From assembly GCA_902468245.1 (NCBI GenBank), contig CABQXY010000028.1, positions 412,802 through 476,801 of the forward strand: a DNA stretch of 64,000 nt, read 5' to 3'. Positions 37,287 to 48,297 of this stretch are shown here, one piece after another. Each line of letters begins with the position of its first letter. The stretch's first letter is position 1. A model generated the notes under the pieces. The model made no database searches. It was not told the origin of the DNA and worked only from the letters and a program-made list of their open reading frames with translations. The translations under genes and the position numbers were made by a program. This DNA comes from an uncultured Porphyromonadaceae bacterium (GTDB taxonomy: Bacteria > Bacteroidota > Bacteroidia > Bacteroidales > Muribaculaceae).

Positions 37287-40200
37287 TTAGAATTTAAAGT
37301 CAAGGCCTATCACGTAGGTGCGGGGAGTGGGATAGTTGCTGTAGTCTATACCGGTGGCGATTGCACCGCCGTCGTAGAAAGGACGTTCAGGATCCATTCC
37401 CGAATACTTCGTGATGGTGAACAGGTTCTGGAACGAAACGTAGAAACGCAGCTTGTACTGTTTCAAGACGGATTCGGGCAGGGTATAGCCTAAGGTAAGG
37501 AGCTTGCAGCGGAAGTAGTCGCCGTCCTCCACGAAGAAATCGCTGACGCGTGTGTAGTTCTGGTTCAGGTCGTTGTAGCTGAGGCGCGGTATGTCGTTGG
37601 ACGTACCCTCGCCGTGCCATGCCTTGTTCAGAGTGCCCTTGAACACATTCTGTCCGCTTGCACCGCTGTAACGTGCCTTCTGCAGGTTGAATATCTTGTT
37701 GCCGAATGTTCCGAAGAAGTTGGCCGCCAGGTCGAAGCCCTTGTACTCGAAGTTCATGTTCAGGCCGAGCTGCAGAGCCGGGTAAGGATTGCCGATATAT
37801 ACCTTGTCCTCGTCGGTCAGCTTGCCGTCATGGTTGCGGTCGATGAACTTGATGTCGCCGGGCTGTGCGTCTGGCTGAATCAGGTTGCCGTGTTCGTCGC
37901 TGTGGTTGTAAACCTCCTCCCAGGTCTGGAACAGACCGTCCGTGGTGTAACCGAAGAAGCGCGAGATCAGGCCGCCGTCCTCGTTCTTGATGATGGACTC
38001 GCTCATGCCGGTGCCGTCCCAGATGGGACCGTCGCCTGTGAACTTGATCGCCTTGTTCCTGACGCCCGACATCTGGACTCCGATGCTGTAGTGGAAGTCA
38101 CCCGCGCGGTCGTTCCAGTTGATGGCGAGTTCCCAGCCGCGTGCGCGCATCTTGCCGATGTTCTGCGTGATGGCACCCATCCACGTGGGCACACCCATGA
38201 TGAGCTGGCTCTGCTTGCCGTAGAGCATGTCGTGCGATGTCTTCTGATAGAGGTCGAACGTGACGCCCAGGCGGTCATTGAAGAAACCCAGGTCAATTCC
38301 GAAGTCAAGGTCCTCGACGGTCTCCCATTTCAGGTTCGGGTTACCCATATCTCCGAGGATTGTGGCGGGATAGCGGGTGCCGTCGGGACCGAACACGTAG
38401 TTCACGCCGTTGTTGAGTTTCGTCATGTAAGCGCCGTTGGCGATGGCTTGGTTACCCACACGGCCCCAGCCCAGGCGGATCTTGGCATTGCTGAGCCAGC
38501 CCTGCGTAGCCTCCATGAACTTCTCGTTCGACAGGCGCCATGCCAGCGAAACCGAGGGGAAGTAACCGAACTTGTTGCCTTTGGGGAAGCGCGAGCTACC
38601 GTCGGCACGGATGGATGCAGTCAGATAGTAGCGCGAGTCGTAGTTGTACATCACACGGCCCAAAAAGGATGCCAGTGTCTGGTAGCTCATGCTGCCGCTG
38701 GCCTTCTGGTCGCCTGTACCGGCGGATACCTCGTGCAGCAGGTCGGAGCTGCCGGGCACATCCTGACGTGAGCCCTCCAGCCACCAGTCGGCGTAACGCT
38801 CGGCGGTGAAACCGGCCATTACGGTCAGATTGTGTGTGTCGGCGTATGTATCGGAGTATGTGATGGTGTTGTTCCAGGTCCAGTTCAGACCGTCGCTGTA
38901 TTTACGGCCCACTTCGTCCTTGTCGCGCTTCTCGAGGTCGGCGATATGGAACTCGCAGTTATACCAGTCTTTGCGTTCCATCCAGAAGTTCAGACCGAAC
39001 TGTGTGCGGAGAATCAGCTGCTTGATGGGGCGGATCTCGATAAAGGGATTGGCAAGGAGCTGGAACTTACGTGTCTTGTTGTCCATACGTGCCAGATTTG
39101 CCACGGGGTTCCATTCCTGGTTGTTGTAGGAGCGCTGATAGTTGTTCATCGGGTTTTCGGCATCCCACTGGTCCTCGGGACGGAACACGGGAGTGGTGGG
39201 GTCCATGGACTGGGCCGCGCCGAACAGGTTGGGGGTGTCGGCCCAGTTCTCCATGTTGGGAGCCAGGTCGAGACCGACTTTCAGCCAGTCGGTGAAGTTA
39301 TACTCCGTGTTGAGTCGGAGGTTCAACTTGTCCCAATAGCCAACGTCGTACTGCGAGTTGTTGCGGAAATATCCGAGCGAGAAGGAGTAGATGAATTTGT
39401 CGTTGCCTCCGCGTACGCCCAATGAATAGTTCTGTACCAGGGCCACGTCGTTTATCACCTCGTCCCACCAGTCGGTGCCGTCAACGGGAGAGTAGTTCTC
39501 GTAAGGAGAGTTCCAGGGAGCCACGCGGCCGTCGTTTTCATAGCGTTTCATGAACACCTGCTCGTACTCGTCGGCCCAGGCGATGCCGGGTCTGGGGATG
39601 TGCTGGAAGCCGACGGAAGCGGAGAAGTCCACGGAAGTCTTGCCGGCCGCGCCCTTCTTGGTGGTTATGATGATTACGCCGTTCGATGCGCGCGTACCGT
39701 AGATAGCAGATGCGGAAGCGTCCTTCAGCACCTCCATGCTCTGGATGTCGTTGTTGTTGATGAAGTTGATGTTGCTGGTGTTCAGAGGCACACCGTCCAC
39801 CACGTAGAGGGGACTGGAGCCATTGACTGAGGTGATGCCTCGGATTATGACCTTAGGCGCGTCGCCGGGACCGCCGGCCGAAGCGATCTGCACGCCGCTG
39901 ACCTTGCCCTGCAGGGCATCCATGGCGTTGCCGGTCACTACTTCGGTGATTTCGTCACCCTTCACTGTCGAGATGGAGGATGTCAGGTCGCTGCGCTTCA
40001 CGGCGCCGTAACCAACCACCACAAGTTCGTCGAGCGAGTTCTCGGTCTCCTTCATCGAGATGTCGATCTTGGTCTGGCCGTTTACCTTTACGTCCTCGGT
40101 CACGAAGCCGACGTACGAGAAGGTGATGGTCCCCTTGGAGGGAACATTGTTCAGAGTATAATATCCGTCGATGTCGGTGACGGCTCCGTTGGTCGATCCT

Positions 40201-40334
40201 TTGACCATTACTGTGGCGCCTATCAGGGGTTCATTGTCCATCGCGGACAATACCCGTCCCTTTACGGTCAGATTCTGCGCCCATGCCGTGACGCTGAGCA
40301 ACACGGCACACAGTATCAATATAGCTTTTTTCAT
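37287..40334 (-). CDS. susC: SusC/RagA family TonB-linked outer membrane transporter
   Basis: 1015 aa; carboxypeptidase-regulatory-like N-terminal domain, TonB plug, C-terminal beta-barrel ending ...GLDFKF. Confidence 0.9.
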   Translation of the reverse strand: MKKAILILCAVLLSVTAWAQNLTVKGRVLSAMDNEPLIGATVMVKGSTNGAVTDIDGYYTLNNVPSKGTITFSYVGFVTEDVKVNGQTKIDISMKETENSLDELVVVGYGAVKRSDLTSSISTVKGDEITEVVTGNAMDALQGKVSGVQIASAGGPGDAPKVIIRGITSVNGSSPLYVVDGVPLNTSNINFINNNDIQSMEVLKDASASAIYGTRASNGVIIITTKKGAAGKTSVDFSASVGFQHIPRPGIAWADEYEQVFMKRYENDGRVAPWNSPYENYSPVDGTDWWDEVINDVALVQNYSLGVRGGNDKFIYSFSLGYFRNNSQYDVGYWDKLNLRLNTEYNFTDWLKVGLDLAPNMENWADTPNLFGAAQSMDPTTPVFRPEDQWDAENPMNNYQRSYNNQEWNPVANLARMDNKTRKFQLLANPFIEIRPIKQLILRTQFGLNFWMERKDWYNCEFHIADLEKRDKDEVGRKYSDGLNWTWNNTITYSDTYADTHNLTVMAGFTAERYADWWLEGSRQDVPGSSDLLHEVSAGTGDQKASGSMSYQTLASFLGRVMYNYDSRYYLTASIRADGSSRFPKGNKFGYFPSVSLAWRLSNEKFMEATQGWLSNAKIRLGWGRVGNQAIANGAYMTKLNNGVNYVFGPDGTRYPATILGDMGNPNLKWETVEDLDFGIDLGFFNDRLGVTFDLYQKTSHDMLYGKQSQLIMGVPTWMGAITQNIGKMRARGWELAINWNDRAGDFHYSIGVQMSGVRNKAIKFTGDGPIWDGTGMSESIIKNEDGGLISRFFGYTTDGLFQTWEEVYNHSDEHGNLIQPDAQPGDIKFIDRNHDGKLTDEDKVYIGNPYPALQLGLNMNFEYKGFDLAANFFGTFGNKIFNLQKARYSGASGQNVFKGTLNKAWHGEGTSNDIPRLSYNDLNQNYTRVSDFFVEDGDYFRCKLLTLGYTLPESVLKQYKLRFYVSFQNLFTITKYSGMDPERPFYDGGAIATGIDYSNYPTPRTYVIGLDFKF

Positions 40335-40352
40335 TGGAATCTTAGATGTAGG

Positions 40353-41978
40353 TTACTGTGGAAGAAGTTTGATTCTCTCTGCGTGAGCATCGAATATCAG
40401 CTTGTACTTGCCTTCGGCGGGAATTACAGGCTTGATCCAGTTGTCGCCGATGAAGTTCTTGCGGTAATCCTCGCCGCCCCATGCATTGATGTCGAACGAC
40501 TCGCCGGCGTTGGGGTACATGAACTTGAACTGTTCGGGAGTGAGGCTGCCGTATTTCCAGTCGAAATATTCTTTATTGCCTTTGAAATGGTCGTTGTCAG
40601 GCATAACGAGGCCATAGTAAACGCACTTGCTGGGATCCGTGCTGTCGTCTACACGCCATGTGGTATAGTTCCACCAGCCATCGCTATGCCAGTTGTGGAG
40701 GATAAAGCTAATCTCTCCGGCCTGAAGCTGCCAGCCGTCAATGAAGAAGATGTTGGGATTCTTGGGATCCTGTTCCATGCGGCTCTTGATGTCTCCGGGA
40801 CCACCTGCGGGGCCGAAGTACCATTCCTGCCACCAGTTGTCGGCTGTCCATTTGTCATGCCATGTGTTCAGGTCGTTCTGTCCGTAACGCATGTGCTTCA
40901 CGGGGTTAGGAGCGTCGGCGGGAGTGTAGGTCTCCAATGCGTATGATCTCTCGAACGTGTTTACAGTAACCTTATAATAAGTATTGGCTTTGGTAAGCTC
41001 GATGCGTCCCACCGTCTCCGGATCGTCGCCAAGCACACCTTCCGTCTGCAGGTCGGGACCGAAGCAGATGGGGCTGAAATCGGTTTTCTGGGGCAGGAAG
41101 CAGATCTGGGTATTGGCGTTCTCGTTGTAGTAGGCCACAGTGTAGGTGTAGGGAGCGATATGGTCCATTGCCATCGGTACGCCGAACACATCTGCGTTCA
41201 GGTCGGCGGCGGTGGCCACGTCGCACAGATACAGCACATCGAAGTCAGGCAGCTCGCTGACCTTAACGACGGACTCGATTTTGGTGTTGCGTACTTCGCC
41301 CTCCTGGGCCGCCATGTCGAACGCCTCGACGGTCAGCTTGTAGTCCGCTACCTTTGACTCCAGGGGAATGGCCCGCGAGAAGGTAAGCGTTTTCTGACCG
41401 TTGGCTTCAAGACGAATCGGGAAGCCTTCGATGCCCTCCATGTCTACCATGACATAATCGAGGGCTACGTTGTCTTCGACGTCAAACTTCAGATTGAACG
41501 TGGTGTTGGCTTTCAGAAGCACTGTCATCTCACGGTCGGGAGCGGCGGTGAACACAGGTGCGGTGAAGTCGGCGTCCAGAGTCACCAGCACGGTCTTTTT
41601 GATGGTATTGCCTGCAACGTCATCGATGTAGATGTCGACATTGAAGCTGTCGCCCTGCACGTCCTGCTGAATCTTGTACGAGAAATCCAGTTCATACTCC
41701 TTCAGCGGCTCGCCGTAGATGGAGAGGATGTCGATGGTCTTGTTAAGACCGATTTCCTTACATTCGAGGCGGATGTCCTTGATGCCGTCGGCATCTTTTA
41801 CGGTACCTGCCAGCTTGATGGATGCGCCGGCGACTGTCTGCACATGCTCGGCTTTCACGGCAAAGTCCGGATCTGCTCCGTCCACCACGTCCCAGTCGGA
41901 GTCCGAACACGAAGCCAGACCCAACATGGCTAATGGCACCAGGAACATTCCAAACCGTAATTCAGGATGTTTACTCAT
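40353..41978 (-). CDS. cell-surface lipoprotein of the polysaccharide-utilisation locus (SusE/F-like or SGBP-like, Ig-like repeats), hypothetical
   Basis: 541 aa; lipoprotein signal LASCSDSDW; position directly upstream of susC. Confidence 0.5.
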   Translation of the reverse strand: MSKHPELRFGMFLVPLAMLGLASCSDSDWDVVDGADPDFAVKAEHVQTVAGASIKLAGTVKDADGIKDIRLECKEIGLNKTIDILSIYGEPLKEYELDFSYKIQQDVQGDSFNVDIYIDDVAGNTIKKTVLVTLDADFTAPVFTAAPDREMTVLLKANTTFNLKFDVEDNVALDYVMVDMEGIEGFPIRLEANGQKTLTFSRAIPLESKVADYKLTVEAFDMAAQEGEVRNTKIESVVKVSELPDFDVLYLCDVATAADLNADVFGVPMAMDHIAPYTYTVAYYNENANTQICFLPQKTDFSPICFGPDLQTEGVLGDDPETVGRIELTKANTYYKVTVNTFERSYALETYTPADAPNPVKHMRYGQNDLNTWHDKWTADNWWQEWYFGPAGGPGDIKSRMEQDPKNPNIFFIDGWQLQAGEISFILHNWHSDGWWNYTTWRVDDSTDPSKCVYYGLVMPDNDHFKGNKEYFDWKYGSLTPEQFKFMYPNAGESFDINAWGGEDYRKNFIGDNWIKPVIPAEGKYKLIFDAHAERIKLLPQ

Positions 41979-42080
41979 GATGATTAGGTTATAGTTACTA
42001 AGGATAAAAATTACAGTAGTCCAATTATCAGTTTCAGACTGTTCCGATTGCGTTATAATATAAAACCGGTCAGTCGAAAG

Positions 42081-42124
42081 TATTAGCTTTTGGTATTAGT
42101 CGATATTAGCTTTTGGTATTAGTC
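42081..42124. repeat. two perfect 21-bp direct repeats TATTAGCTTTTGGTATTAGTC separated by GA, in polysaccharide-utilisation locus/EamA divergent promoter region
   Basis: copies at 42081-42101 and 42104-42124. Confidence 0.85.
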
Positions 42125-42258
42125 TGATCTTAACATTGCAAAATTAGGCAATAAAGTGCAAAATTCCAAGTAATTCACAAAATTTTTGTAATTTTGTCGA
42201 ATAAAATATAAATAGGCATTAACAAGGTTTATCCTGTTGATATAACTTTTCATAAGTC

Positions 42259-43140
42259 ATGTGGATATTTTTAGGACTGTTGTCGGCGTTTTGCCTCGGA
42301 TTCTATGATGTATTCAAGAAAGTGTCGTTGAAAGGTAACAACGTTCCGGTGGTGCTGTTGCTCAACACTATGTTCGGCACGTTGCTGCTGAGTCCGGTGC
42401 TGATAGAGAGCGTGGTACAGGGACATTACGGTCCCGGCGTCACGCTGATGCAGAACCTGTTGGTGGTGCTGAAGGCAGTGATAGTGCTGTCGTCGTGGAT
42501 ACTGGGATACTTCGCTATCAAGCATCTGCCGCTCACCATCCAGGGACCCATCAACGCCTCGCGGCCCGTGCTGGTGCTGTTGGGGGCGTTGCTGATATTC
42601 GGCGAAAGACTCAACGCGCTGCAATGGTGTGGCATGCTGTTGGGATTCGCCTCGCTGTTCTTCATATCGCGCATCGGCGCCAAGGAGGGATTCTCGTTCA
42701 AGGCCTCGATATGGCTGTGGATGTCGATAGGAGCCACCATGCTCGGAGCGGTGAGCGCCCTGTACGACAAATTCCTGATGGGCCGGTTCCAGCCGCTGCA
42801 GGTGCAGGCCTGGTATTCGTTCTATCAGATGCTGATGATGGGCGTGGTGGTGCTGATACTCTACAGATTCGCGCCCGCGCACTTCGGCGGCAAATTCAAA
42901 TGGAGATGGTCAATACTTGCCATCTCCGTATTCCTGACGGTGGCCGACCTTGCCTATTTCTACTGTCTTACCATCCCCGGAGCTATGATTTCGATTGTGT
43001 CCATGACGCGACGCGGCAGCGTGATCATACCGTTCCTGTATGGAGTGACAGTGCTGAAAGAGAAGAATGTAAAGGCCAAGGCCATAGACCTGTCGATCCT
43101 GTTCCTGTCGCTGGTACTGTTGGTGCTGGGGAGCCGATGA
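42259..43140 (+). CDS. EamA/DMT-superfamily transporter
   Basis: 293 aa, ~10 TM, two EamA-like halves. Confidence 0.8.
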   Translation: MWIFLGLLSAFCLGFYDVFKKVSLKGNNVPVVLLLNTMFGTLLLSPVLIESVVQGHYGPGVTLMQNLLVVLKAVIVLSSWILGYFAIKHLPLTIQGPINASRPVLVLLGALLIFGERLNALQWCGMLLGFASLFFISRIGAKEGFSFKASIWLWMSIGATMLGAVSALYDKFLMGRFQPLQVQAWYSFYQMLMMGVVVLILYRFAPAHFGGKFKWRWSILAISVFLTVADLAYFYCLTIPGAMISIVSMTRRGSVIIPFLYGVTVLKEKNVKAKAIDLSILFLSLVLLVLGSR

Positions 43141-43158
43141 GGGGGGATAAGGTAGAGT

Positions 43159-43175
43159 AAAAGCCGCGGGCTTTT
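43159..43175. terminator. bidirectional intrinsic terminator (AAAAGCCGCGGGCTTTT)
   Basis: palindromic GC stem flanked by A and T runs, between convergent EamA and ABC-F genes. Confidence 0.55.
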
Positions 43176-43239
43176 ACCACAGTGCGGATGGTGCTGCGGG
43201 TTGTTGGCACAGTGCGGGTTGTTGGCACAGTGTGGATGG

Positions 43240-45204
43240 TTAGGAGAGGGCGTCCAGTTCCTGCTGGGCTATCTCCCAGACGGACATCTCGTTTTCCAGC
43301 TTCTTGGAGGTAGCCTGATAAGCCTCGAGGGTTTCGGGGCTGGCGTCGCCGCTTCCTATCTTGTCCTCCAGGGCCTTCACTTCCAGCTCCAGGGTTGCTA
43401 TGGTCTCCTCGGCCTGCTTTACCTTCTTCTCGGCCTTCGACACCATCTTGGCACGTTCCTTCTGCTCGGCATAGCTTAGTTTGCGAGGCGTTTCGGTCAG
43501 TGGTGCTGACTGAGTGGGAGCTGCTTCCTTGGCTTTAGGTTCAGCGGTCTTGGCCGCAGGGGCGGGAGCGTCCTTTTTTTCCAGCTCGTGCAGGTTGGTC
43601 ATGTCCTTGGCGCGAAGGAAGTCGTAGATGCCGCCAAGATGCTCGCGCACCTTGCCGCCGCCGAACTCGTATACCTTGTCAACGAGGCCGTCCAGAAAGT
43701 AGCGGTCGTGGCTCACCAGTATCACCGTGCCGTTGAAATCGGCGATGGCCTCCTTCAGCACATCCTTTGACGGTATGTCCAAGTGGTTGGTAGGCTCGTC
43801 GAGAATCAGGAAATTGACCGGCTCGAGCAGAAGGCGTATCATGGCCAGACGTGTCTTTTCACCTCCGGACAGCACCTTCACTTTCTTGTCGATGGCTTCG
43901 CCGCCGAACATGAAGGCGCCTAAGATGTCGCGCACTTTGGTGCGCATGTCGCCGGTGGCCACATTGTCGATGGTTTCGAACACCGTCAGCTCGCCGTCGA
44001 GCAGCTGAGCCTGGTTCTGGGCGAAATAGCCTATCTTGACGTTGTGGCCTACCTTCAGCGTGCCGTCGTAGGGTATCTGCTCCATGATGCATTTCACCAG
44101 CGTGGACTTACCCTCGCCGTTGCGCCCCACGAACGCGACTTTCTCGCCGCGACGTATGGTAAACTCCACACCCGAAAACACCTGATGGTCGCCGTAACGC
44201 TTGCCAACGCCCTCGACTATCAACGGGAAGTCTCCGGAACGTTCGGCCTTGGGAAATTTGAGGCGCAGTCGGGAGTTGTCCACCTCGTCAACCTCTATGG
44301 GCACTATCTTTTCAAGCTGCTTGATGCGGCTCTGCACCTGCACGGCCTTGGTGGGCTTGTAGCGGAACCGTTCGATGAATTCCCTGGTGTCGGCTATCAT
44401 CTTCTGCTGGTTCTCGTAGGCGCGCATCTGCTGTTCCACGCGCTCTTTGCGCAGTTCCAGGAATCTGGAGTAATTGACTTTATAGTCATATATTTTTCCG
44501 CACGATATTTCCAAAGTGCGGGTAGTGACATTGTCAAGGAAAGCGCGGTCGTGGCTAACCAGAAGCACCGCATTCCCCTTGTTCATCAGAAAGCGCTCCA
44601 GCCACTGGATGGATTCGATGTCCAGGTGGTTGGTCGGCTCGTCAAGCAGCAGTATGTCGGGACGGCGCAACAGTATCTTGGCCAGCTCGATACGCATACG
44701 CCAGCCTCCGGAGAATTCCGAGGTGGGGCGGTGCATATCCGTCGGCAGGAAGCCTAAGCCCGTGAGCGTGGACTCAATTTCGGCTTCCATGTTGTCGGCT
44801 CCCTCGATCGAAAGGCGGTGGTTCAGGTAATCGAACCTCTCGAGCAGATTGTGATACGACTCTGATTCGTAGTCGGTGCGTTCGGTCATCTGCTGCTGCA
44901 CTGAGGCAAGTTCATCCTTCAGATTCTGTAATTCCGAGAAGGCTTTCTTCACCTCGTCCAGTACCGATGTGTCGTCGGCCAGTACCATCTGCTGCGGCAG
45001 ATAGCCTACGGTGATGCCGTTGGGCATGGACACCGTGCCGTGCGTCGGCTCCTCCAGACCCGCCAGTATCTTCAGCAATGTGGATTTACCAGCGCCGTTC
45101 TTGCCCGTGAGGGCTATGCGGTCGTTGGGATTGATCACAAAACTCACATCGTGAAACAGGGGACGCGCCGAGAACTCAACCTCGAGATTGTTGATACTTA
45201 TCAT
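43240..45204 (-). CDS. ABC-F family ATPase (two ABC domains, C-terminal coiled coil; Uup/EttA-like)
   Basis: 654 aa; two Walker A (GKNGAGKST, GRNGEGKST), two LSGGE signatures, no TM. Confidence 0.85.
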   Translation of the reverse strand: MISINNLEVEFSARPLFHDVSFVINPNDRIALTGKNGAGKSTLLKILAGLEEPTHGTVSMPNGITVGYLPQQMVLADDTSVLDEVKKAFSELQNLKDELASVQQQMTERTDYESESYHNLLERFDYLNHRLSIEGADNMEAEIESTLTGLGFLPTDMHRPTSEFSGGWRMRIELAKILLRRPDILLLDEPTNHLDIESIQWLERFLMNKGNAVLLVSHDRAFLDNVTTRTLEISCGKIYDYKVNYSRFLELRKERVEQQMRAYENQQKMIADTREFIERFRYKPTKAVQVQSRIKQLEKIVPIEVDEVDNSRLRLKFPKAERSGDFPLIVEGVGKRYGDHQVFSGVEFTIRRGEKVAFVGRNGEGKSTLVKCIMEQIPYDGTLKVGHNVKIGYFAQNQAQLLDGELTVFETIDNVATGDMRTKVRDILGAFMFGGEAIDKKVKVLSGGEKTRLAMIRLLLEPVNFLILDEPTNHLDIPSKDVLKEAIADFNGTVILVSHDRYFLDGLVDKVYEFGGGKVREHLGGIYDFLRAKDMTNLHELEKKDAPAPAAKTAEPKAKEAAPTQSAPLTETPRKLSYAEQKERAKMVSKAEKKVKQAEETIATLELEVKALEDKIGSGDASPETLEAYQATSKKLENEMSVWEIAQQELDALS

Positions 45205-45417
45205 GGAAATTATGCTTCTGTCAATTCAAATTTGCCGCAAAATTAACAATTTTATCGCTAATAGCCTTTAATAGGAGTAAATAAATTGTCAATCCCAACA
45301 TTTTTTGTTAATTTTGTAAGTTAAGAAAGGTGATTTCATTTGTTAATAAAGAATGAGTGAAATTGCTTGTAAAAACAAGCTAAGAAAGAAAAACAACCGT
45401 AAAAGAAGACTCGAAAT

Positions 45418-46707
45418 ATGGACATGATGCAAGAGGCTTTGGAATACCATGAAGATGGACGCCCCGGCAAGATCGAGGTGATGCCCACCAAGCCATACTG
45501 TACGGCACGCGACCTGTCGCTGGCCTATTCGCCCGGCGTGGCCTATCCCTGTCTTGAGATAGATAAGAATCCGGACGATGCATATAAATATACCAACCGG
45601 GGAAATCTTGTGGCCGTGATCTCGAACGGCACGGCAGTGCTGGGTCTCGGCAACATAGGCGCCTTGGCCGGCAAGCCGGTGATGGAAGGCAAAGCGCTTC
45701 TGTTCAAGATATACGCAGGTCTGGATTCGTTCGATATCGAGATCAACGAGAGCGACCCGCAGAAGATGGTTGAAATAATCCGCTCGCTTACGCCCACGTT
45801 CGGCGGCATCAACTTAGAGGACATAAAGGCTCCGGAAAGCTTCTACATAGAGAGCGAGCTGCGTAAGCAGTGCGATATACCCATCATGCACGACGACCAG
45901 CACGGCACATCGATAATCTCCGGTGCCGCATTGCTGAACGCCTGTGAGATACAGGGCAAGAAACTGGACGACATCAAGCTGGTGATAAACGGAGCCGGCG
46001 GGGCAGCCATCAGTTGCGGCCGCATCTACAAGCGTCTGGGAGTGAAGGCTGAGAACATCGTGATGTGCGATTCTAAGGGGGTGATACGCAAGGACCGTGA
46101 CAAGCTCACGGAGCAGAAGCGCGAGTTCGCCACCGACCGCGACCTGCACACTCTTGACGAGGCAATCGTGGGGGCCGACGTGTTCTTGGGTGTGAGCGTC
46201 GGCAACGTGCTGACACCTGCCATGCTGATGAAGATGGCACCCAAGGCGATAGTGTTCGCGCTGGCCAATCCGACGCCCGAGATAGACTACGAGCTGGCCA
46301 AGGCCACACGTCCCGACATCATCGTGGCCACGGGCCGCAGCGACTATCCCAATCAGGTGAACAATGTATTGGGCTTCCCCTACATATTCCGTGGAGCTCT
46401 CGACTCGCGTGCATCGACCATCAACGAGGACATGAAGGTAGCCGCCACATACGCCATAGCCAAGCTGGCGCACGAGCCGGTGCCGCAGCAGGTACTGGAC
46501 GCGTACGGCGTGAAGGAACTGAGCTTCGGTCCCGACTACATACTGCCCAAGCCCGTGGACAAGCGTCTGCTGTTCACCGTATCGCCGGCAGTAGCCAAAG
46601 CCGCCGACGAATCGGGAGTGGCCCGCAACCCCATCAAGGACTGGAACAAATATCAGCAGTTCCTTGAGAGCGTATTACCCAAACAAAACGAGAAATGCGA
46701 AAAATAA
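45418..46707 (+). CDS. NADP-dependent malic enzyme (short form)
   Basis: 429 aa; malic enzyme N-terminal and NAD-binding domain motifs (GLGNIGA, ...). Confidence 0.8.
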   Translation: MDMMQEALEYHEDGRPGKIEVMPTKPYCTARDLSLAYSPGVAYPCLEIDKNPDDAYKYTNRGNLVAVISNGTAVLGLGNIGALAGKPVMEGKALLFKIYAGLDSFDIEINESDPQKMVEIIRSLTPTFGGINLEDIKAPESFYIESELRKQCDIPIMHDDQHGTSIISGAALLNACEIQGKKLDDIKLVINGAGGAAISCGRIYKRLGVKAENIVMCDSKGVIRKDRDKLTEQKREFATDRDLHTLDEAIVGADVFLGVSVGNVLTPAMLMKMAPKAIVFALANPTPEIDYELAKATRPDIIVATGRSDYPNQVNNVLGFPYIFRGALDSRASTINEDMKVAATYAIAKLAHEPVPQQVLDAYGVKELSFGPDYILPKPVDKRLLFTVSPAVAKAADESGVARNPIKDWNKYQQFLESVLPKQNEKCEK

Positions 46708-47312
46708 TCGTATCGACGCTGACGGCTCTTGCGGCTGTATCGTTCACATCATACGCGATAACACCGCAGGAGGTGATGCAGCAGACCGTAGGCAAAATCA
46801 AAGGCACCAAAGGGATCACCGGCAACTTCCGTGTCAGCGGTGACCAAGGGTCGGCCGCCGGTTCGTTCAAGTTCGACGGCACGCGGACATACATAGAGTC
46901 CGGCCAGTTCGGCAAGCAATGGTTTGACGGCAAGACTCTGTGGACACTGAATCCAAATACGAAAGAGGTGACGGTATCCACGCCCGAGCCTGTGGATGTG
47001 GCTGACGCCAATCCGTTGATGTATCTTAACGGATACAACAGTAGCTACCGGCTGTTCTTCAGCAAGCGCAAGGAGGCCGGCAAGTATCTTGTACTGCTGA
47101 ATCCAAGAAATAAGAACGCGGACATCAAGGCCATCGAGGTGGCCATAAATACCAAAACCCTGTTGCCGGAACGGTTTATAGTACGGACTAACGATGATCA
47201 ACGAAGCACCGTTTACGTCACGAACCTTAACCTTAACGGCAAGCTGCCGGCAGGCACATTCACATTTCCTGCGGCAAAATATAAGGATTACGAAATAGTA
47301 GACATAAGATAA
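46695..47312 (+). CDS. LolA-like outer-membrane lipoprotein carrier protein
   Basis: 205 aa, signal peptide, size/beta-rich composition typical of LolA family; weak. Confidence 0.5.
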   Translation: MRKIIVSTLTALAAVSFTSYAITPQEVMQQTVGKIKGTKGITGNFRVSGDQGSAAGSFKFDGTRTYIESGQFGKQWFDGKTLWTLNPNTKEVTVSTPEPVDVADANPLMYLNGYNSSYRLFFSKRKEAGKYLVLLNPRNKNADIKAIEVAINTKTLLPERFIVRTNDDQRSTVYVTNLNLNGKLPAGTFTFPAAKYKDYEIVDIR

Positions 47313-47313
47313 G

Positions 47314-48258
47314 ATGGAAAAACATACCAAAGTATTGATAATAGGGTCGGGTCCCGCGGGGTACACCGCAGGCATATATGCATCGCGTGCCAATCTGTCG
47401 CCGATGCTTTACGAGGGCGACCAGCCCGGCGGCCAGCTGACGCAGACCACCGAGATCGAGAACTTCCCCGGGTATCCGGAAGGGATTCTCGGTCAGGAGA
47501 TGATGGACGACCTGCGCAAGCAGAGCGAACGTTACGGCACGGAGATAGTGTCGCGTACCATCGACAAGGTGGATTTCAGCAAGCGGCCTTTCGTATGTCA
47601 AGACGACAGGGGAGACGTGATAGTGGCCGAGACGGTGATAATATGCACCGGCGCGAAGGCCCGTTACCTTGGACTGGCGGACGAGGAGAAGTATCGCGGT
47701 ATGGGCGTGAGCGCCTGCGCCACGTGTGACGGATTCTTCTACCGCAAGCGCACCGTGGCCGTTGTGGGCGGCGGCGACACAGCCTGCGAGGAAGCCCTGT
47801 ACCTTTCCACACTGGCAAGCAAGGTGTACATGATAGTGCGCAAGGACCATCTGCGCGCATCGCACACGCTGCAGCAGCGCGTGTTCAACAAGGGGAACAT
47901 CGAGATTCTGTTCAAGTGCAACGCCACGGGCCTGTACGGCGAGGACGGCGTGGAGGGCGCACACATAGTGCGTCACTTAGGCGAGGAGAAGGAGGAGCGT
48001 TTCGACCTGCCGTTGGAGGGATTCTTCCTGGCAATCGGCCACATACCCGCCACACACATATTCCGTGGGCAGCTCGATCTGGACGGCGAGGGATACATCC
48101 GCGTGCAGTCACCCACCACACGCACCAGCGTGGAGGGAGTGTTCGCAGCCGGCGACTGCGCCGACCCGATATACCGTCAGGCCGTATGTGCCGCCGGCAC
48201 CGGATGCCGGGCCGCCATGGACGCGGAGCGTTTCCTGGTGGATCACAGCGACCTTTAA
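47314..48258 (+). CDS. trxB: thioredoxin-disulfide reductase
   Basis: 314 aa; GSGPAGYTA, redox-active CATCDG, GGGDTA. Confidence 0.9.
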   Translation: MEKHTKVLIIGSGPAGYTAGIYASRANLSPMLYEGDQPGGQLTQTTEIENFPGYPEGILGQEMMDDLRKQSERYGTEIVSRTIDKVDFSKRPFVCQDDRGDVIVAETVIICTGAKARYLGLADEEKYRGMGVSACATCDGFFYRKRTVAVVGGGDTACEEALYLSTLASKVYMIVRKDHLRASHTLQQRVFNKGNIEILFKCNATGLYGEDGVEGAHIVRHLGEEKEERFDLPLEGFFLAIGHIPATHIFRGQLDLDGEGYIRVQSPTTRTSVEGVFAAGDCADPIYRQAVCAAGTGCRAAMDAERFLVDHSDL

Positions 48259-48297
48259 GCATTGCTTTAATTATAATAATGTAACACACTTCCAATC

